NCBI GenBank assembly: GCA_902765585.1 | Contig: CACXAG010000013.1 | Span: forward strand, 1-61,550 | From: an uncultured Prevotellaceae bacterium | Lineage (GTDB): Bacteria > Bacteroidota > Bacteroidia > Bacteroidales > Bacteroidaceae | Direction: 5' to 3' | Length of the DNA: 61,550 nt | Shown: one piece after another, positions 27,404 to 37,842 of the stretch | Position numbering within the stretch: position 1 is the stretch's first letter | Layout of the letters: the number at the start of each line of letters is the position of its first letter | Position numbers and translations under genes: made by a program | Notes under the pieces: generated by a model | Database searches by the model: none | Seen by the model: only the letters and a program-made list of their open reading frames with translations | Told to the model about the DNA's origin: nothing

Positions 27404-28459
27404 ATGGATATTCATCAATATACACTCGATGCCGTTGAGCTGCTGAAAACCCTTATCAGCACGCCATCGGTCAGCCGCGACGAGAAAGCTGCGGCAGACG
27501 TTTTTGCCGGTTTCATCGTTAATTATGGACTGCCCGTTCGTCGTATTGGCAATAATCTCCTGGTTCAGGAAGAACTGGATGCTGCTAAACCGACGTTGCT
27601 GCTCAATGCCCACATAGACACCGTCAAGCCAGTGGCGACGTGGACACGAGATCCTTTCCAGCCTACCGTTGAAGATGATCGTCTATACGGTTTGGGCAGC
27701 AACGACTGTGGAGGTGGACTCGTCAGTCTGCTTCAAGTCTACCGTGCATTGCGTGGTATGTCCACGCCCTATAACCTTGTCTATCTCGCCTCCTGCGAGG
27801 AGGAGGTCAGTGGTGCCAATGGTTTTTCCTTGGCGTTACCAGAGCTGCCGCCTATTGATGTCGCCATTGTCGGTGAACCGACGGGTATGCAGCCCGCCAT
27901 TGCCGAGAAGGGACTGATGGTGATTGACGGCATAGCCCACGGCAAGAGCGGCCATGCCGCCCGAGACGAAGGCGTCAATGCCATCTATGAAGCGCTGGAT
28001 GACCTGGTATGGCTGCGTGACTACCGCTTCCGTAAGGTCAGTCCCCTGCTTGGACCTACTAAGATGACGGTAACGGTCGTCAATAGTGGCACGCAGCATA
28101 ATGTCGTTCCCGATGAGTGCCGCTTTGTCATCGACGTGCGTACCAATGAATATTATAAGAATGAATACCTTTTTGCCTTCCTGCAAAAGCAGATGAAGAA
28201 GTGCGAACTTAAGGCTCGCTCGTTCCGTCTGTCATCATCACACATAGCCGAAGAATACCCCTTGGTGCAGCGCTGTCTGCAAATGGGCATGACGCCTTTT
28301 GGCTCACCCACGCTCAGTGATCAGGCGCTGATGCCATTCCCGTCGCTGAAGCTCGGGCCGGGAGAGTCGTCACGCAGCCATTCTGCCGACGAGTATATCC
28401 TCATCAGCGAGATAGAAAAGGCTATTGAGACTTACATTGATTTACTTAGGTTCTCTTAG
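27404..28459 (+). CDS. argE: M20 metallohydrolase (ArgE/DapE-like deacylase)
   Basis: LLNAHIDTV, YGLGSND, CEEE, GEPT, HSADE. Confidence 0.75.
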   Translation: MDIHQYTLDAVELLKTLISTPSVSRDEKAAADVFAGFIVNYGLPVRRIGNNLLVQEELDAAKPTLLLNAHIDTVKPVATWTRDPFQPTVEDDRLYGLGSNDCGGGLVSLLQVYRALRGMSTPYNLVYLASCEEEVSGANGFSLALPELPPIDVAIVGEPTGMQPAIAEKGLMVIDGIAHGKSGHAARDEGVNAIYEALDDLVWLRDYRFRKVSPLLGPTKMTVTVVNSGTQHNVVPDECRFVIDVRTNEYYKNEYLFAFLQKQMKKCELKARSFRLSSSHIAEEYPLVQRCLQMGMTPFGSPTLSDQALMPFPSLKLGPGESSRSHSADEYILISEIEKAIETYIDLLRFS

Positions 28460-30013
28460 CGTCCCAACCACGATTCGGGATTCAGTTTGGCCGTTTCGCG
28501 GCGAAGCTGGAACTGTAGGATGTTGTCCCGGCCGATACGTCCCAGAGATTGACGTGTGCTGACCTTCTGGCCACGTTGCACGCTGACACTTTGCAGGTTG
28601 CAGTATACGCTGATATAGCTGCCGTGGCGTACCATGACTACCATCGTTCCACCGAAGCTGAAGACAGCACTGACCTCACCGTCGAAGATGCTGCGAGCCA
28701 TCGCACCGCCCTCGCCGCGGATGTTGATGCCCTTGTTGTCGAGCATGACACCCTTCAACCCTTCGACATGATATTGTCCGAAGTGGCTGACAATGCGGTA
28801 TACCGCTGATGCGGACATCCTCCGTCGGCATCTTCAAGGCTTCGTCGGCATCCTTGCGTGCTGATGCTACAGCCTTGGCATGCTCACGGTTTTCAGCCTC
28901 GGCCTTACGCTCGGCTGCCTTACGGGCCTCTTCGGCCTCGCGGGCCTTGCGTTCAGCAGCCTCGCGGGCCTTTTGGTCGCGAGCGGCCTTGGCTTCAGCC
29001 TTGGCTCTCTCTTCTTTGGCCTTGGCCTCGGCGATGCGGCGGGCATTCTCTCTCGCAGCAGCCTCGGCTTCCGCCTTCTTGCGGGCCAGTTCGGCAGCAC
29101 GCTTCTTGGCAGCCTCTGCCTCAGCACGCCTCTTAGCCTCGGCGGCAGCACGCGCCTTTTGGCGGGCTACCTCTTCAGCAATGAGGCGGTCAATCTGGGC
29201 ATTCAAGGCAGCATCTTTCTTTTTCTGTTGGGCGATAATGCCTTGTATGGTCTTGTTCTCTTTCTGTAGGGTCTTGACGACGTCTTGCTGTTCAATCTGC
29301 TTTGATTCCAGCGTGCGACGCTCCTGCTCGCCACGGTTCAGCAGTTGGCGTTTTTTCTCCTTGGTTTCGTTCAGAACTTGTAGTTGTTGGTTTGCTTCCT
29401 CCTGCTTTTCCATGACCCTCTCGCCCTGAACACGCTGATAAGACGCATACGCCCGCATAAAGCGCATGCGGCGGAACATCTGTACGAGATTGTCAGCACT
29501 GAAGATGAACATCAATTGGCTGAGCGACGACTCGTTACGGTGCATGTAGCGTAACGACTTCACGTAGTTGCGCTTACGCTCCTCTAACTGCTCCTTTAGT
29601 TTCTCCAACTGCTCGCCAAGCTGTTCTATCTCGCTGTCAAGCGACGAAATGTCATGGCGAATAGTGTCTATGGTGCGGCGCTTGCCTTCTATCTCGGTGT
29701 TCAGTACCATGAGGTTCTGGAGTCGCTTCTTAACGTCCTGTTCGTTGCTGCGCAAACGGCGCTCCTGCTGCTTGATCTGCTGCTGGAGTTCCTGACGCTG
29801 ACTTTGTAGCGTTTTGACAGAGGACTGCTTCTCTGCTTTGCTGTTCTTAGATGACTTGCTGGACTTGGCAGTTTTTTTTGATTTGCCAGTGGTCTGTTTT
29901 TTTTGCGTCACAACGGTCTTTTTCGCTGCCGACTTCGTGGTGCGCTTCTTCTGTTGCGCATAGGGAGTCAGGGCGAATGACAGCAGGAGCAGGATAATAC
30001 CTAATCGCTTCAT
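28456..30013 (-). CDS. envC: EnvC-like murein hydrolase activator (coiled coil + M23 domain), frame broken near 28800
   Basis: Signal peptide and long coiled coil in ORF 28676-30013. The M23 domain (YRIVSHFGQY...VMVRHGSYISVY...LQFQLR...NPESWL) is in a different frame. Confidence 0.8.
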
Positions 30014-30022
30014 TCAGATAGT

Positions 30023-30880
30023 TTAGAGGGACATGAAGCGTTGCAGGATTTCCTCGATGGTTACCTGACGGTACTTGCTCGATACTTCTGTGCGTGTCTC
30101 CCAGTCTTCTTCGGCACCCATGTAGTTAAGAACCATCTCAAACTTGATTTCCTGTTCGGGTGTCTGGAAAGAAATCTTATGGTCCATGGGATAGTATTTG
30201 CGGTTGTTGGCTTTGAATTCCTCATAGTCCCAGTTCAGCTGGTAGTTGCCGCGATACTTGTCGAGATACATGATGTTGGCCATTTTTACACGTGCATTCG
30301 TGTTGTCTGCCAGCCAGCGGTACGACAGTTTGCCGTCCTCCATGGAAATGACGGTGTCGTCGTTGCCAATCTTCGTCTTGTAGTTCTTCAGCTGTTGGTC
30401 AGTTGGACGTGACACTCGGGGCTGGAATAGTTCGTTCCAGAACAGTCCCTGGAGCACGTTAAAGTCGATGTTGCTGTTGCGCAGGAAGTCAACCTGTGCG
30501 TATGGCACCTTGAGGAAGAGCTTGTTGATGCGGTCCATCACCAGCACATACTCTTTGGTGAACTCTAAGCGACCGGCCTCGACGAAGCCAAAAGCCATGA
30601 GCTGCAGACGGATGACATCGTCGCGTTTCATTTTCAGGTTACCGGTTAGCGTCATCTGGCGGGCTCCCACCTCTACGGTGAACCTCACCTTGGAAGTGAT
30701 GAAGCGGGCATACTGGGCATTGTCGTTCACTTTCTGCAGGAAAGCCTGCTTTTGCAGCGTGTCTACACTCATGGTAGTAGCAGTAGTTCCTTCTTTAACG
30801 GCCTGACGGTTTGACTTACAGGATGTTAACGTCAAAGGAAGGACCAGCGCGGCAATCTTCAGGATACTTGTCAGTTTCAT
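30023..30880 (-). CDS. DUF4292 domain lipoprotein
   Basis: Lipobox LTSC. Position in the dut-TPR-DUF4292-envC arrangement typical of Bacteroidota. Confidence 0.8.
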   Translation of the reverse strand: MKLTSILKIAALVLPLTLTSCKSNRQAVKEGTTATTMSVDTLQKQAFLQKVNDNAQYARFITSKVRFTVEVGARQMTLTGNLKMKRDDVIRLQLMAFGFVEAGRLEFTKEYVLVMDRINKLFLKVPYAQVDFLRNSNIDFNVLQGLFWNELFQPRVSRPTDQQLKNYKTKIGNDDTVISMEDGKLSYRWLADNTNARVKMANIMYLDKYRGNYQLNWDYEEFKANNRKYYPMDHKISFQTPEQEIKFEMVLNYMGAEEDWETRTEVSSKYRQVTIEEILQRFMSL

Positions 30881-32595
30881 TCTTTAATATATTTTTTAAG
30901 TTTTATTTTTCGGATAAGTATTTGTTTTCGGTCATCTTTGATTTCTGACCTCTCTGAAGCCCTGGCCAAGGCCTGTTGCCAGAATGTCAGGGCTTTCTCG
31001 GTGTCACCGACATGATAGTAGATGTCGCCGGCATGCTCCAGCAATACCGCTGAGGAGTCGCTGTCACACTGCAGCGTCTGGTCGATGTATATCTTGGCCT
31101 CATTGTAGCGGCGCTGCATGAAGAGTATCCAGGCATAGGTGTCCAGGAAGGTTGCATTCTTGGGCTCAGCCTTGATGGTGCGGTACGACATCTGTTCGGC
31201 TTTGTTCAACTCTATGCCCCTTTCGCTGAGGTAGTAGGCGTAGTTGTTCAGGCAGCCGATGTTGTCGTCCTTCCATTGCAGGCAGGAGTCGTATGCGGCG
31301 AATGCTTCCTGTTCGCGTCCTTTCTGGTGCAGAATGTCACCCATGACGGCGAAGAAGTCTGACACGATGGCCGGGTCGCTCTCCTCGTTGATGACACTGA
31401 TGCCGTTCTGGAAGGCGTTCAGCGCGTTATCCAACTGCTCCTTCTGGTAGTAGGCGATGCCTTGATAATAGTAGAAGGCCATCTCGTCTGGCGTATATTG
31501 GCGGGCTTCCTGACAGAGGGCGATGACGCGGTCGCGGTCTTCCTCCTGCCAAGCATAGCTCACCAGCTGCAGGCGGGCGGCCGTATGGTCGGGGGCAACC
31601 TCTAATACGTGCTCCAGAATGGGACGGATGCTGTCATTCGGCATCTTTTTCAGGTTCATGTAAGTGGCACAGAATAGCGCCATATCCGCACCGCTTTCCG
31701 GCATGGACAAGATGCGGTGGAACAGTTGCAGCACTCGTGTGGAGTCGCCGCCCTGCTGTTCGCTTTCAGCGATGACCTGTCGCATGAGTGCCACACGGTC
31801 TTCCTGCGTTGTCTTCTTGTTGAGCAGTATCTGTTCTAATGTCTCGTTGGCATGCAGGGAGTCACGGCTCTCCTGATAGTGGTTCAGCATGGCCATCAGC
31901 GCATTCTGGTTGTCAGCCTCCTGTCGTAGCACGTCCTGGTAGAGGGCGATGGCCTTCTTCTGCTGCCCGTTCTGGTAGAGGGCATTGGCGTAGAAGCACT
32001 GGTAGTTGAGGTCGTTGGGATATTGGTCGGCCAGCTGTTTCATCTCGCTGATGGCCGATTTATGGTCGCCTTTCTGTGTGTAGAACTGGCTCTTGGCGTA
32101 GGACAAGCGTTCGCTTTTGCCCTCCAAGAGTTCCAACTGTGTCAGTTTCTCGATGGCCTTGTCGTATTCCCCCTGTTGCTCGTAGATTTGTACCAGCACG
32201 CTCAGGATGTCCTCCCTGTCACGCCTTTTGTCATAGAGTTTCTCCAGCATCACGGCTGCATCGTCGTAGTTGTGCTGGTTGATATACAGGTTGGCCAGCA
32301 TCTCCAGGTAGGTGGCGTTCTCGGGTTCCAGCTCGGCAGCGCGCTTGGCATAGCTCAGCGCCTTGTCCTTATCTTTCAAGACCAGGTAGTAGCGGAATAG
32401 CGAGTAGTAGGCCTCCGACCGTGTGGAGTCCAACTCTACGCAGTGGCTCAGCAGATCGAAGGCGGCATCGTTGTTGCCCTTCTCCTGCTGGCAGATAGCA
32501 TCCAGGTAGAAGGCGTCGTACCGGCGCTGGCTGTCCTGTGCGAAACAAGCCAACCCTGTCGTCAAAAACAATATGAAGAACAACCGCCTCATCAT
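30877..32595 (-). CDS. Tetratricopeptide repeat protein
   Basis: Signal peptide, repeated TPR helices, LNNYAYYL and FLDTYAWILF motifs. Confidence 0.9.
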   Translation of the reverse strand: MMRRLFFILFLTTGLACFAQDSQRRYDAFYLDAICQQEKGNNDAAFDLLSHCVELDSTRSEAYYSLFRYYLVLKDKDKALSYAKRAAELEPENATYLEMLANLYINQHNYDDAAVMLEKLYDKRRDREDILSVLVQIYEQQGEYDKAIEKLTQLELLEGKSERLSYAKSQFYTQKGDHKSAISEMKQLADQYPNDLNYQCFYANALYQNGQQKKAIALYQDVLRQEADNQNALMAMLNHYQESRDSLHANETLEQILLNKKTTQEDRVALMRQVIAESEQQGGDSTRVLQLFHRILSMPESGADMALFCATYMNLKKMPNDSIRPILEHVLEVAPDHTAARLQLVSYAWQEEDRDRVIALCQEARQYTPDEMAFYYYQGIAYYQKEQLDNALNAFQNGISVINEESDPAIVSDFFAVMGDILHQKGREQEAFAAYDSCLQWKDDNIGCLNNYAYYLSERGIELNKAEQMSYRTIKAEPKNATFLDTYAWILFMQRRYNEAKIYIDQTLQCDSDSSAVLLEHAGDIYYHVGDTEKALTFWQQALARASERSEIKDDRKQILIRKIKLKKYIKE

Positions 32596-32596
32596 C

Positions 32597-32631
32597 TTCT
32601 TACCTCTTACCTCTTACTTCTCACCTCTTAC
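32597..32631. repeat. CTTACCT-type heptamer array between dut and the TPR gene
   Basis: tcttacctcttacctcttacttctcacctcttac. Same unit as in the gldK signal peptide. Confidence 0.85.
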
Positions 32632-33065
32632 TTCACTCCTGTATGCCCATAACCACCGGCCCCACGCTCCGTCTCGTCGAGCACGTCTACGCTCACCAGT
32701 TCTCCCTGTTCGCAGCGGGCAATGACCATCTGGGCAATGCGCTCGCCGTCGTTCACTACGAAGTCTTCCTGCGACAGGTTCACCAGTACGACGCCCACCT
32801 CTCCACGGTAGTCGGCATCGATGGTGCCAGGGGTATTCAGAACCGTGATGCCATGCTTCAGCGCCAGTCCGCTACGGGGGCGCACCTGAGCCTCATAGCC
32901 TTCGGGCAGGGCGATATGCAGTCCTGTCGGTATCAGCCTGCGCTCCAATGGATGGAGTGTCACGGGGGCGTCGAGGTTGGCCCTTAAATCCATGCCGGCA
33001 CTCTGGGGTGTGGCATAGGCTGGCAGTTGCTGATGGCCGCGGTTTACAACTTTGATGGTTATCAT
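32628..33065 (-). CDS. dut: dUTP diphosphatase
   Basis: [39 protein letters not shown]. Start re-assigned to ATG 33065. Confidence 0.98.
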   Translation of the reverse strand: MITIKVVNRGHQQLPAYATPQSAGMDLRANLDAPVTLHPLERRLIPTGLHIALPEGYEAQVRPRSGLALKHGITVLNTPGTIDADYRGEVGVVLVNLSQEDFVVNDGERIAQMVIARCEQGELVSVDVLDETERGAGGYGHTGVK

Positions 33066-33203
33066 CTTTTCGAAACGTTTCTTTTTAAATAATGTGCAAA
33101 GGTAGCTATTTCTGATGAAACAACCATGGATTTTCATTTAAAAAGTCTTATTTCTTCCTATTTTGCGGTATTTTCATAACTATTTTGTACTTTTGCATCC
33201 GAA

Positions 33204-34544
33204 ATGATGGAATGGACACGACTAATTTCTAACAAGAGGCTGGGGCAGGAGCACCGCCATGTGGAGCGGCACGACGACCGTACCGAGTTTAAACGCGACT
33301 ATGACAGGCTGATTTTCTCAGCCCCTTTCAGGCGTCTTCAAAACAAGACGCAAGTATTCCCGCTGCCCGGCAGCGTTTTTGTGCACAACCGGCTGACGCA
33401 TTCCTTAGAGGTGGCCAGCGTTGGTATGTCGTTAGGCAACGATGTGGCGCTGCGTATTGTTGGGCGGCGCCCTGAACTGCGTGGTACGCTGTTCGAGGAG
33501 ATAGGGCAGATCGTCGCCACGGCCTGTCTGGCACACGACCTGGGCAATCCGCCGTTCGGACACTCTGGTGAGAAAGCCATCCAGACGTTCTTTACCGAAG
33601 GCCGCGGCAGTTTCCTGCAGCATCAGGTGAACCCCGTTTTCTGGTCGGACATCACCCATTTCGAAGGCAATGCCAATGCCTTCCGCTTGTTGACGCACCA
33701 GTTCCGGGGGCGCCGACCGGGCGGTTTTGTGATGACCTACTCCACCATTGCCAGCATCGTGAAGTACCCCTACTCTTCGATGGCTCCCAGCAAGAAGGGG
33801 AAGTTTGGCTTCTTTGTCAGCGAACAGGAGACCTACCAGCGAATTGCCGATGAAATGGGCATTATTTGCAAGTCTGCCCCTGGTGAACCGCTGCGTTATG
33901 CCCGTCATCCGCTCGTCTATCTGGTGGAGGCCGCTGACGACATCTGCTATGAAATCATGGATATGGAGGATGCCCACAAACTGAAAATTCTCTCCTTTGA
34001 GACCGTGTCGCGACTCTTTCTTGATTTCTTCGACGAGGAGAACCAGGGAAAAATCCTGCAGCGCATCAAAGACGAACAGTTGACCGACAAGAACGAACAG
34101 GTGGTATATCTGCGTGCCTGTGTCATTGGTAAGCTGGAGAACGAGTGCGTCCGGGCCTTCCTTGAGCATGAGGAGGAAATCCTGACCGGCACCTTTGAGG
34201 GCAGTCTCATCGACCATATCCAGCCGCTACAGCGCGAGGCTTACCGCCGTTGTGCCGATTTGTCCGTGCAACACATCTACAAGAGCCGCCCCGTGCTCGA
34301 CGTCGAACTGTCAGGTTATCAGATTATGGCAACGCTGATGGACAAAATGGTGGAAGCCGTCATCCATTCAGAGCGTTATTACTCGCAGCAGCTGATAGGA
34401 CGCGTGTCCTATCAGTACGATATCCATGCCGAGTCGCTGGAAGATCGCCTGATGGCGGTTATTGACTATATCTCGGGCATGACCGACGTCTATGCCCTCG
34501 ATGTCTATCAGAAAATCAACGGCATCTCCCTGCCTATTGTCTAA
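33204..34544 (+). CDS. dgt: Deoxyguanosinetriphosphate triphosphohydrolase (HD domain)
   Basis: FRRLQNKTQVF, HNRLTHSLEV, LAHDLGNPPFGH, EAADDICY, DYISGMTD. Confidence 0.95.
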   Translation: MMEWTRLISNKRLGQEHRHVERHDDRTEFKRDYDRLIFSAPFRRLQNKTQVFPLPGSVFVHNRLTHSLEVASVGMSLGNDVALRIVGRRPELRGTLFEEIGQIVATACLAHDLGNPPFGHSGEKAIQTFFTEGRGSFLQHQVNPVFWSDITHFEGNANAFRLLTHQFRGRRPGGFVMTYSTIASIVKYPYSSMAPSKKGKFGFFVSEQETYQRIADEMGIICKSAPGEPLRYARHPLVYLVEAADDICYEIMDMEDAHKLKILSFETVSRLFLDFFDEENQGKILQRIKDEQLTDKNEQVVYLRACVIGKLENECVRAFLEHEEEILTGTFEGSLIDHIQPLQREAYRRCADLSVQHIYKSRPVLDVELSGYQIMATLMDKMVEAVIHSERYYSQQLIGRVSYQYDIHAESLEDRLMAVIDYISGMTDVYALDVYQKINGISLPIV

Positions 34545-36589
34545 CGGTCGGCCGTGTCGCCCAACGGCAGCGTCATCACGAAGCGTGCCCCGCCGATGTA
34601 GGCCGTGTCGAGGATGATGTTGCCGCCAATGCGGTTTGCCAACGAACGGGCGACGGTAAGTCCGATGCCCGTTCCGTCGTAGTACTCGTCCAACTGCACG
34701 AACTCTTCAAAGATGCGCTCGGCTTCCTTGTGCGGGATGCCGATGCCCGTGTCCTCGACCGAGAAGAACACGTGGCCCGACGATACTGTCATGCGCAGCA
34801 CCACCCGCTGTAGGTGGTCGGTAGTCCTCTCATACTGGCGCGCCTCGGGAGGAGCGGTGAACTTGCGCGCATTGTCGAGCAATAGCGACAAAGCACGGAC
34901 GGCTGCCCGCAGGTTGGTCTGGAGAATGGCCTGCTCGGCCTCGGGCGACATGATCATGTCAAACGTCAGGTGGGGGGCGTCGCTGATGCGTGAGGCATTG
35001 ATTGCCTCTGCCGCAATCTGCACTGCCGGAACCTGGTCGTTGCACTCAATGAACGACTTGCTCTTGGCTTCCGACAGTTCCAGCATCTTGTTCACTAGTC
35101 CCGTGATGCGGTCGGTATTCTCGGTTATCTGGATTTTGATGTCGTTCAGCGTTTCCTCGTCGTATTCCATGTCGGGCGACGTCAACACCTGCGTGAACCC
35201 CGACAGGATGTTGAGTGGTGTGCGTATCTCGTGGGAAATCTGCTGGATGAAGTTGCTCTTCATGCGTGACGACTCCTCCGCACGTTCATTGGCCCTTTCG
35301 AGGTCGTAGAAGGCTTCCTCTAAGCGCACAGCAGCGCGGTGGCGTATGTAGATGAAGAGGCTGAAACCCAGGATGACAACTCCCAAAAGGCTCACAACCA
35401 TCAGCAGGCGCTGGTCTGAGAGTGTGACGCGCTGTTTCGCCAGCTCGGTTTCCAACTGCTTGGTTTCGTAGATGGTGACCAGTTCGGTAGCGTCGTCTTG
35501 TCGCTGCCAGATGATGGCAGAGTCAAGTGCTTGGCATATCCATTTTCCTGTGGCGATGGCGGAGTCGGTGCGGTGTGCTTCTGCATTGGCGATGAACTTC
35601 GGCAGCAGGTAGGTGTGGATGTTCTCCATGTTTAGCTTCATGTCGTACTTGGCCAACTGAGCGTCCATCGTCTGGAAATTGTCGGCAGCCTCGCTCCACC
35701 TGTGGGCAGCCATCAGGTAGTTGGTGGCCTCTACCTTACCATCGCCGGTTCTGGCATACTGGGTGTGCAGGGCCTCACGGTAGGCTTCTGCCGCTTCAGC
35801 CTTGTTGCCTGATCCCTCCAAGGCGCAGGCGCGGTAGAGGCAGAGCCTGGCCCACTGCTTGTCGATGTACGACTCGCGCACGTCGGGAAGCCTGCGGCAT
35901 TGTTGCAGCATGCTGTCGAGGTGGGCCGTCCAGTCGTTGGCCTCTTGGTAGTGGGCAGTCTGGATATAGGCATCGACAATAGTGACGATGCCGACAATGG
36001 CACTGGTGTAGCTGTCAGTGTTATGGTTCTCCTGCGTCACTTGCTGGTAGTGCTGCCAGGCATGGTTGAAATGATGGGCTGCCTCTTCAGGTTGGTCTAA
36101 CTTCAGCTGGCAACTGCCGACGAAGGTCAGTAAGTTGGTATAATCGTTGTTCGTGGTGAGCTCCTTCTCCTCCAGCAGTTTGATGGCTGGTACAGCTATC
36201 TCTATGGCTTCCCTGTAATTCGCTTTTAAGTAGAGCAAGCCGACTAACCGACTGGCCGACTGAGCGTAGTATTTCAGGTCCTCGTCGTTGTCAACACCCT
36301 GCGCCATGGCTTTCTTCCACTCCATTTCTGCCATTCGCATCTTGCGCTGCCGGGAGTAGGCATAGCCACGCCAATAGAAGGCTTTCTGGTCAGAAAGCGT
36401 ACCGTCGTGTTGGCGGATGTCGGCCAGACTCAATATCGAGTCATAGTCGCGGGACTGGTAGGCGGCGTTGATCAGGCTGTCCACTGCCACGGTCTGGCGG
36501 GTGATGTGATGCTCTTGGCAGGAAATGAAAAACACTGCTGCCAGTACCCCGGTCAGGAACGTCGTTTTGCGCATAATCGTTATCATCAT
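34541..36589 (-). CDS. Sensor histidine kinase with periplasmic TPR-like domain (start may be 36574)
   Basis: Lipobox-like FFISC, helical repeats, one TM, H-box ISHEIRTPLN, N-box LLDNARKFT, G1 EDTGIGI, G2 GTGIGL. No receiver domain. Confidence 0.92.
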   Translation of the reverse strand: MMITIMRKTTFLTGVLAAVFFISCQEHHITRQTVAVDSLINAAYQSRDYDSILSLADIRQHDGTLSDQKAFYWRGYAYSRQRKMRMAEMEWKKAMAQGVDNDEDLKYYAQSASRLVGLLYLKANYREAIEIAVPAIKLLEEKELTTNNDYTNLLTFVGSCQLKLDQPEEAAHHFNHAWQHYQQVTQENHNTDSYTSAIVGIVTIVDAYIQTAHYQEANDWTAHLDSMLQQCRRLPDVRESYIDKQWARLCLYRACALEGSGNKAEAAEAYREALHTQYARTGDGKVEATNYLMAAHRWSEAADNFQTMDAQLAKYDMKLNMENIHTYLLPKFIANAEAHRTDSAIATGKWICQALDSAIIWQRQDDATELVTIYETKQLETELAKQRVTLSDQRLLMVVSLLGVVILGFSLFIYIRHRAAVRLEEAFYDLERANERAEESSRMKSNFIQQISHEIRTPLNILSGFTQVLTSPDMEYDEETLNDIKIQITENTDRITGLVNKMLELSEAKSKSFIECNDQVPAVQIAAEAINASRISDAPHLTFDMIMSPEAEQAILQTNLRAAVRALSLLLDNARKFTAPPEARQYERTTDHLQRVVLRMTVSSGHVFFSVEDTGIGIPHKEAERIFEEFVQLDEYYDGTGIGLTVARSLANRIGGNIILDTAYIGGARFVMTLPLGDTADR

Positions 36590-36605
36590 TGTAGCAATTT
36601 GTCTG

Positions 36606-36704
36606 CAAAGTTACGAAAAATCTGTCAAACAGGGCAAGTTATTAAGAATAAATGCATAATTAAGGTCAAAAAAAGAATAAAATCAAAATAATTTCGTATC
36701 TTTG
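36606..36704. promoter_or_regulatory. Divergent -7 elements (TAACTTTG on minus, TATCTTTG on plus) for the kinase and AraC genes
   Basis: Consensus matches in an AT-rich 135-bp gap. Confidence 0.6.
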
Positions 36705-36724
36705 CCCTCGAAAAACAATGCAAT

Positions 36725-37813
36725 ATGATACAAACTGATGATTACTATTGGTGTGGTATGACGGCGGCCATCTATCTGACAACCTGCTTGACGTTCTCAG
36801 CAATCAGGGGCATCCATAACTGTGGTACGCCGAAGGAGCGCAGAGACTATATATGGCCTGACCGCAAGATGCAGGTGATGGTCTACCTCTGTAGCATCGT
36901 GCTTTTGCCATACATCCTGAATCCTAAGAGTGAGGCGGCATGGCTTCTGATGAAGTCATACTTCCCTGGTACTTATTATTTATACTGTGGCTCGCTGTTA
37001 TTCTGTTTCTTTGGTACGGTGAGGCAGTGGGAGGTATGGAAGACCGCCAACGTGATAGCTGCCTTTATCACTGCCTTGACCATGCTGCCGCTTGTCGTCA
37101 ACGCCTGGAGCCCATGGGAGATACTCACTCCCGGAAGCACCAAGGTGTGCATGATTTTGGTGACGGTGGTTAGCATCCTCATGATGGCCTATTCCGGCGT
37201 GGCCATGTGGCAGGTATGGCAGTGGATGAGGGAGACACGCGCCGTGAACTATTCCAACCCGGAAGACTTCCCTATGGACTACGCCAGCCGTGTGTGGGCT
37301 GCTCCTATTGTGCTCACTCCCTTCCTTTGGCCGGCATTCCTCACCGACTCGCGTATGGTCATGGCGATTATGTGCATCCCGCTGGCTGTGTTCAATGTCG
37401 TGCTACTGCTTAACGTGATGCCTGTCTGGCGGAGAGCTGCCATCCTCACGGATTCCACCATAGAGGAAGAAATGGACGTTGTTGATGGTGCACCGGCAGA
37501 ACTGGCTGAGGAACGCACCAGCAGGATAGCTGCCGAGATAGAGCAGTTCGTCAACACGGAGGCGGCCTACTTGGACCCGCACCTGAAGCTGGAACAGGTC
37601 GTTGAGCGCTGTAGCTTCAGTCGGAGTTATGTCTCGCGGGTGTTTTCCGAGCGTTTCGGAGGTTTTTCGGATTATGTCAATGGATTGCGTATCAGCTACT
37701 ATGAGCATTACAAGGCCAAACATCCGAATTCAACAGAAGATGCTGCCGCCGAGGCGAGTGGCTTTACCTCTTACAAGGCATACCTGAAAGCCAAGGAACG
37801 CCTGCCACGGTAA
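36725..37813 (+). CDS. Multi-TM membrane protein with C-terminal AraC-type HTH
   Basis: About 6-7 hydrophobic segments, NYSNPEDFP loop, YLDPHLKLEQV...SRSYVS...FSDYVNGLRI...AEASGFTS. Confidence 0.85.
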   Translation: MIQTDDYYWCGMTAAIYLTTCLTFSAIRGIHNCGTPKERRDYIWPDRKMQVMVYLCSIVLLPYILNPKSEAAWLLMKSYFPGTYYLYCGSLLFCFFGTVRQWEVWKTANVIAAFITALTMLPLVVNAWSPWEILTPGSTKVCMILVTVVSILMMAYSGVAMWQVWQWMRETRAVNYSNPEDFPMDYASRVWAAPIVLTPFLWPAFLTDSRMVMAIMCIPLAVFNVVLLLNVMPVWRRAAILTDSTIEEEMDVVDGAPAELAEERTSRIAAEIEQFVNTEAAYLDPHLKLEQVVERCSFSRSYVSRVFSERFGGFSDYVNGLRISYYEHYKAKHPNSTEDAAAEASGFTSYKAYLKAKERLPR

Positions 37814-37842
37814 GAAACCACTCCTCTGACAGCGAAATCGGA

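Noticed and set aside
28809-29429. Ala/Ser/Arg-rich ORFs in several frames
   Set aside because: By-products of the low-complexity AEAKA coiled coil of EnvC
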